A stretch of 63,787 nucleotides of DNA, filler included, from Octopus bimaculoides (lineage: Eukaryota), in the NCBI RefSeq assembly GCF_001194135.2. It is 8 parts of 8 records of this genome, joined end to end, with 100 filler letters (N's around TTAATTAATTAA, not from the genome) between each part and the next. Parts side by side here need not be neighbours in the genome. Positions count along the whole stretch, not along the records: positions 61,958 to 63,787 come from NW_026391003.1; 7 more parts are not named here. One strand, 5' to 3'. A program made the translations under genes and the position numbers. Below, one piece after another: positions 63,282 to 63,787 of the stretch; position 1 is the stretch's first letter; the number at the start of each line of letters is the position of its first letter. The notes below the pieces were generated by a model. The model made no database searches and was not told where the DNA came from. It was given only the letters and a program-made list of their open reading frames with translations.

Positions 63282-63582
63282 NNNNNNNNNNNNNNNNNNN
63301 NNNNNNNNNNNNNNNNNNNNNNNNNNNNNNNNNNNNNNNNNNNNNNNNNNNNNNNNNNNNNNNNNNNNNNNNNNNNNNNNNNNNNNNNNNNNNNNNNNNN
63401 NNNNNNNNNNNNNNNNNNNNNNNNNNNNNNNNNNNNNNNNNNNNNNNNNNNNNNNNNNNNNNNNNNNNNNNNNNNNNNNNNNNNNNNNNNNNNNNNNNNN
63501 NNNNNNNNNNNNNNNNNNNNNNNNNNNNNNNNNNNNNNNNNNNNNNNNNNNNNNNNNNNNNNNNNNNNNNNNNNNNNNNNNN

Positions 63583-63616
<34 letters not shown>

Positions 63617-63689
63617 AGTCCGGCACCTGCCTATAACAATGCTCGATCAAAATATATCCAATTTATTTAAGTTATATTTTCCGTCGGCG

Positions 63690-63742
63690 CGGACAGCAAG
63701 AATTGGAAATGAAATGTTTTGCTCAAGAATACAACGCACGGG
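63690..63742 (-). mobile_element. SINE-C core fragment
   Basis: GGAAATGAAATGTTTTGCTCAAGAATACAACGCAC. Confidence 0.55.
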
Positions 63743-63787
63743 TATGTATGTATGTATGTATGTATGTATGTATGTATGTATGTATGT

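Overview
This is AT-rich, microsatellite-saturated eukaryotic DNA with many N-gaps. The repeat families and microsatellite load resemble a coleoid cephalopod (Octopus-like) draft assembly; that assignment is an inference from recalled repeat sequences and was not searched. I found no host protein-coding gene, rRNA, intact tRNA or CRISPR array. Nearly all ORFs in the supplied track are translations of (TA)n/(CA)n/(NNN)n repeats or run through N-gaps. The window holds layered, mostly decayed mobile elements. Retroelements: three Penelope-like (RT/GIY-YIG) remnants, one near full length; CR1-type, RTE-type, I/Jockey-group and R4/Dong-type LINE fragments; and several tRNA-derived SINE families, which I label A, B, C and E, plus an unclassified repeat D. 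DNA elements: mariner (DD34D-type) and rosa/Tc1-type transposase remnants, Tc1/mariner and hAT MITEs, and a non-autonomous Helitron. Seven copies of an artificial N44-TTAATTAATTAA-N44 scaffold spacer are also present. I did not find a convincing novel multi-gene system. The best leads are: a minimal hammerhead ribozyme with an unusual CUGUUGA core (31877-31912); a C4HC3 PHD finger inside the RT of an RTE LINE (26672-26802); a clean pre-miRNA-like hairpin (6054-6118); an unclassified ~1.9 kb element bounded by 41-bp inverted repeats (29681-31550); and a SINE head/core joined to two alternative LINE-derived tails, with both candidate partner LINEs in the window.
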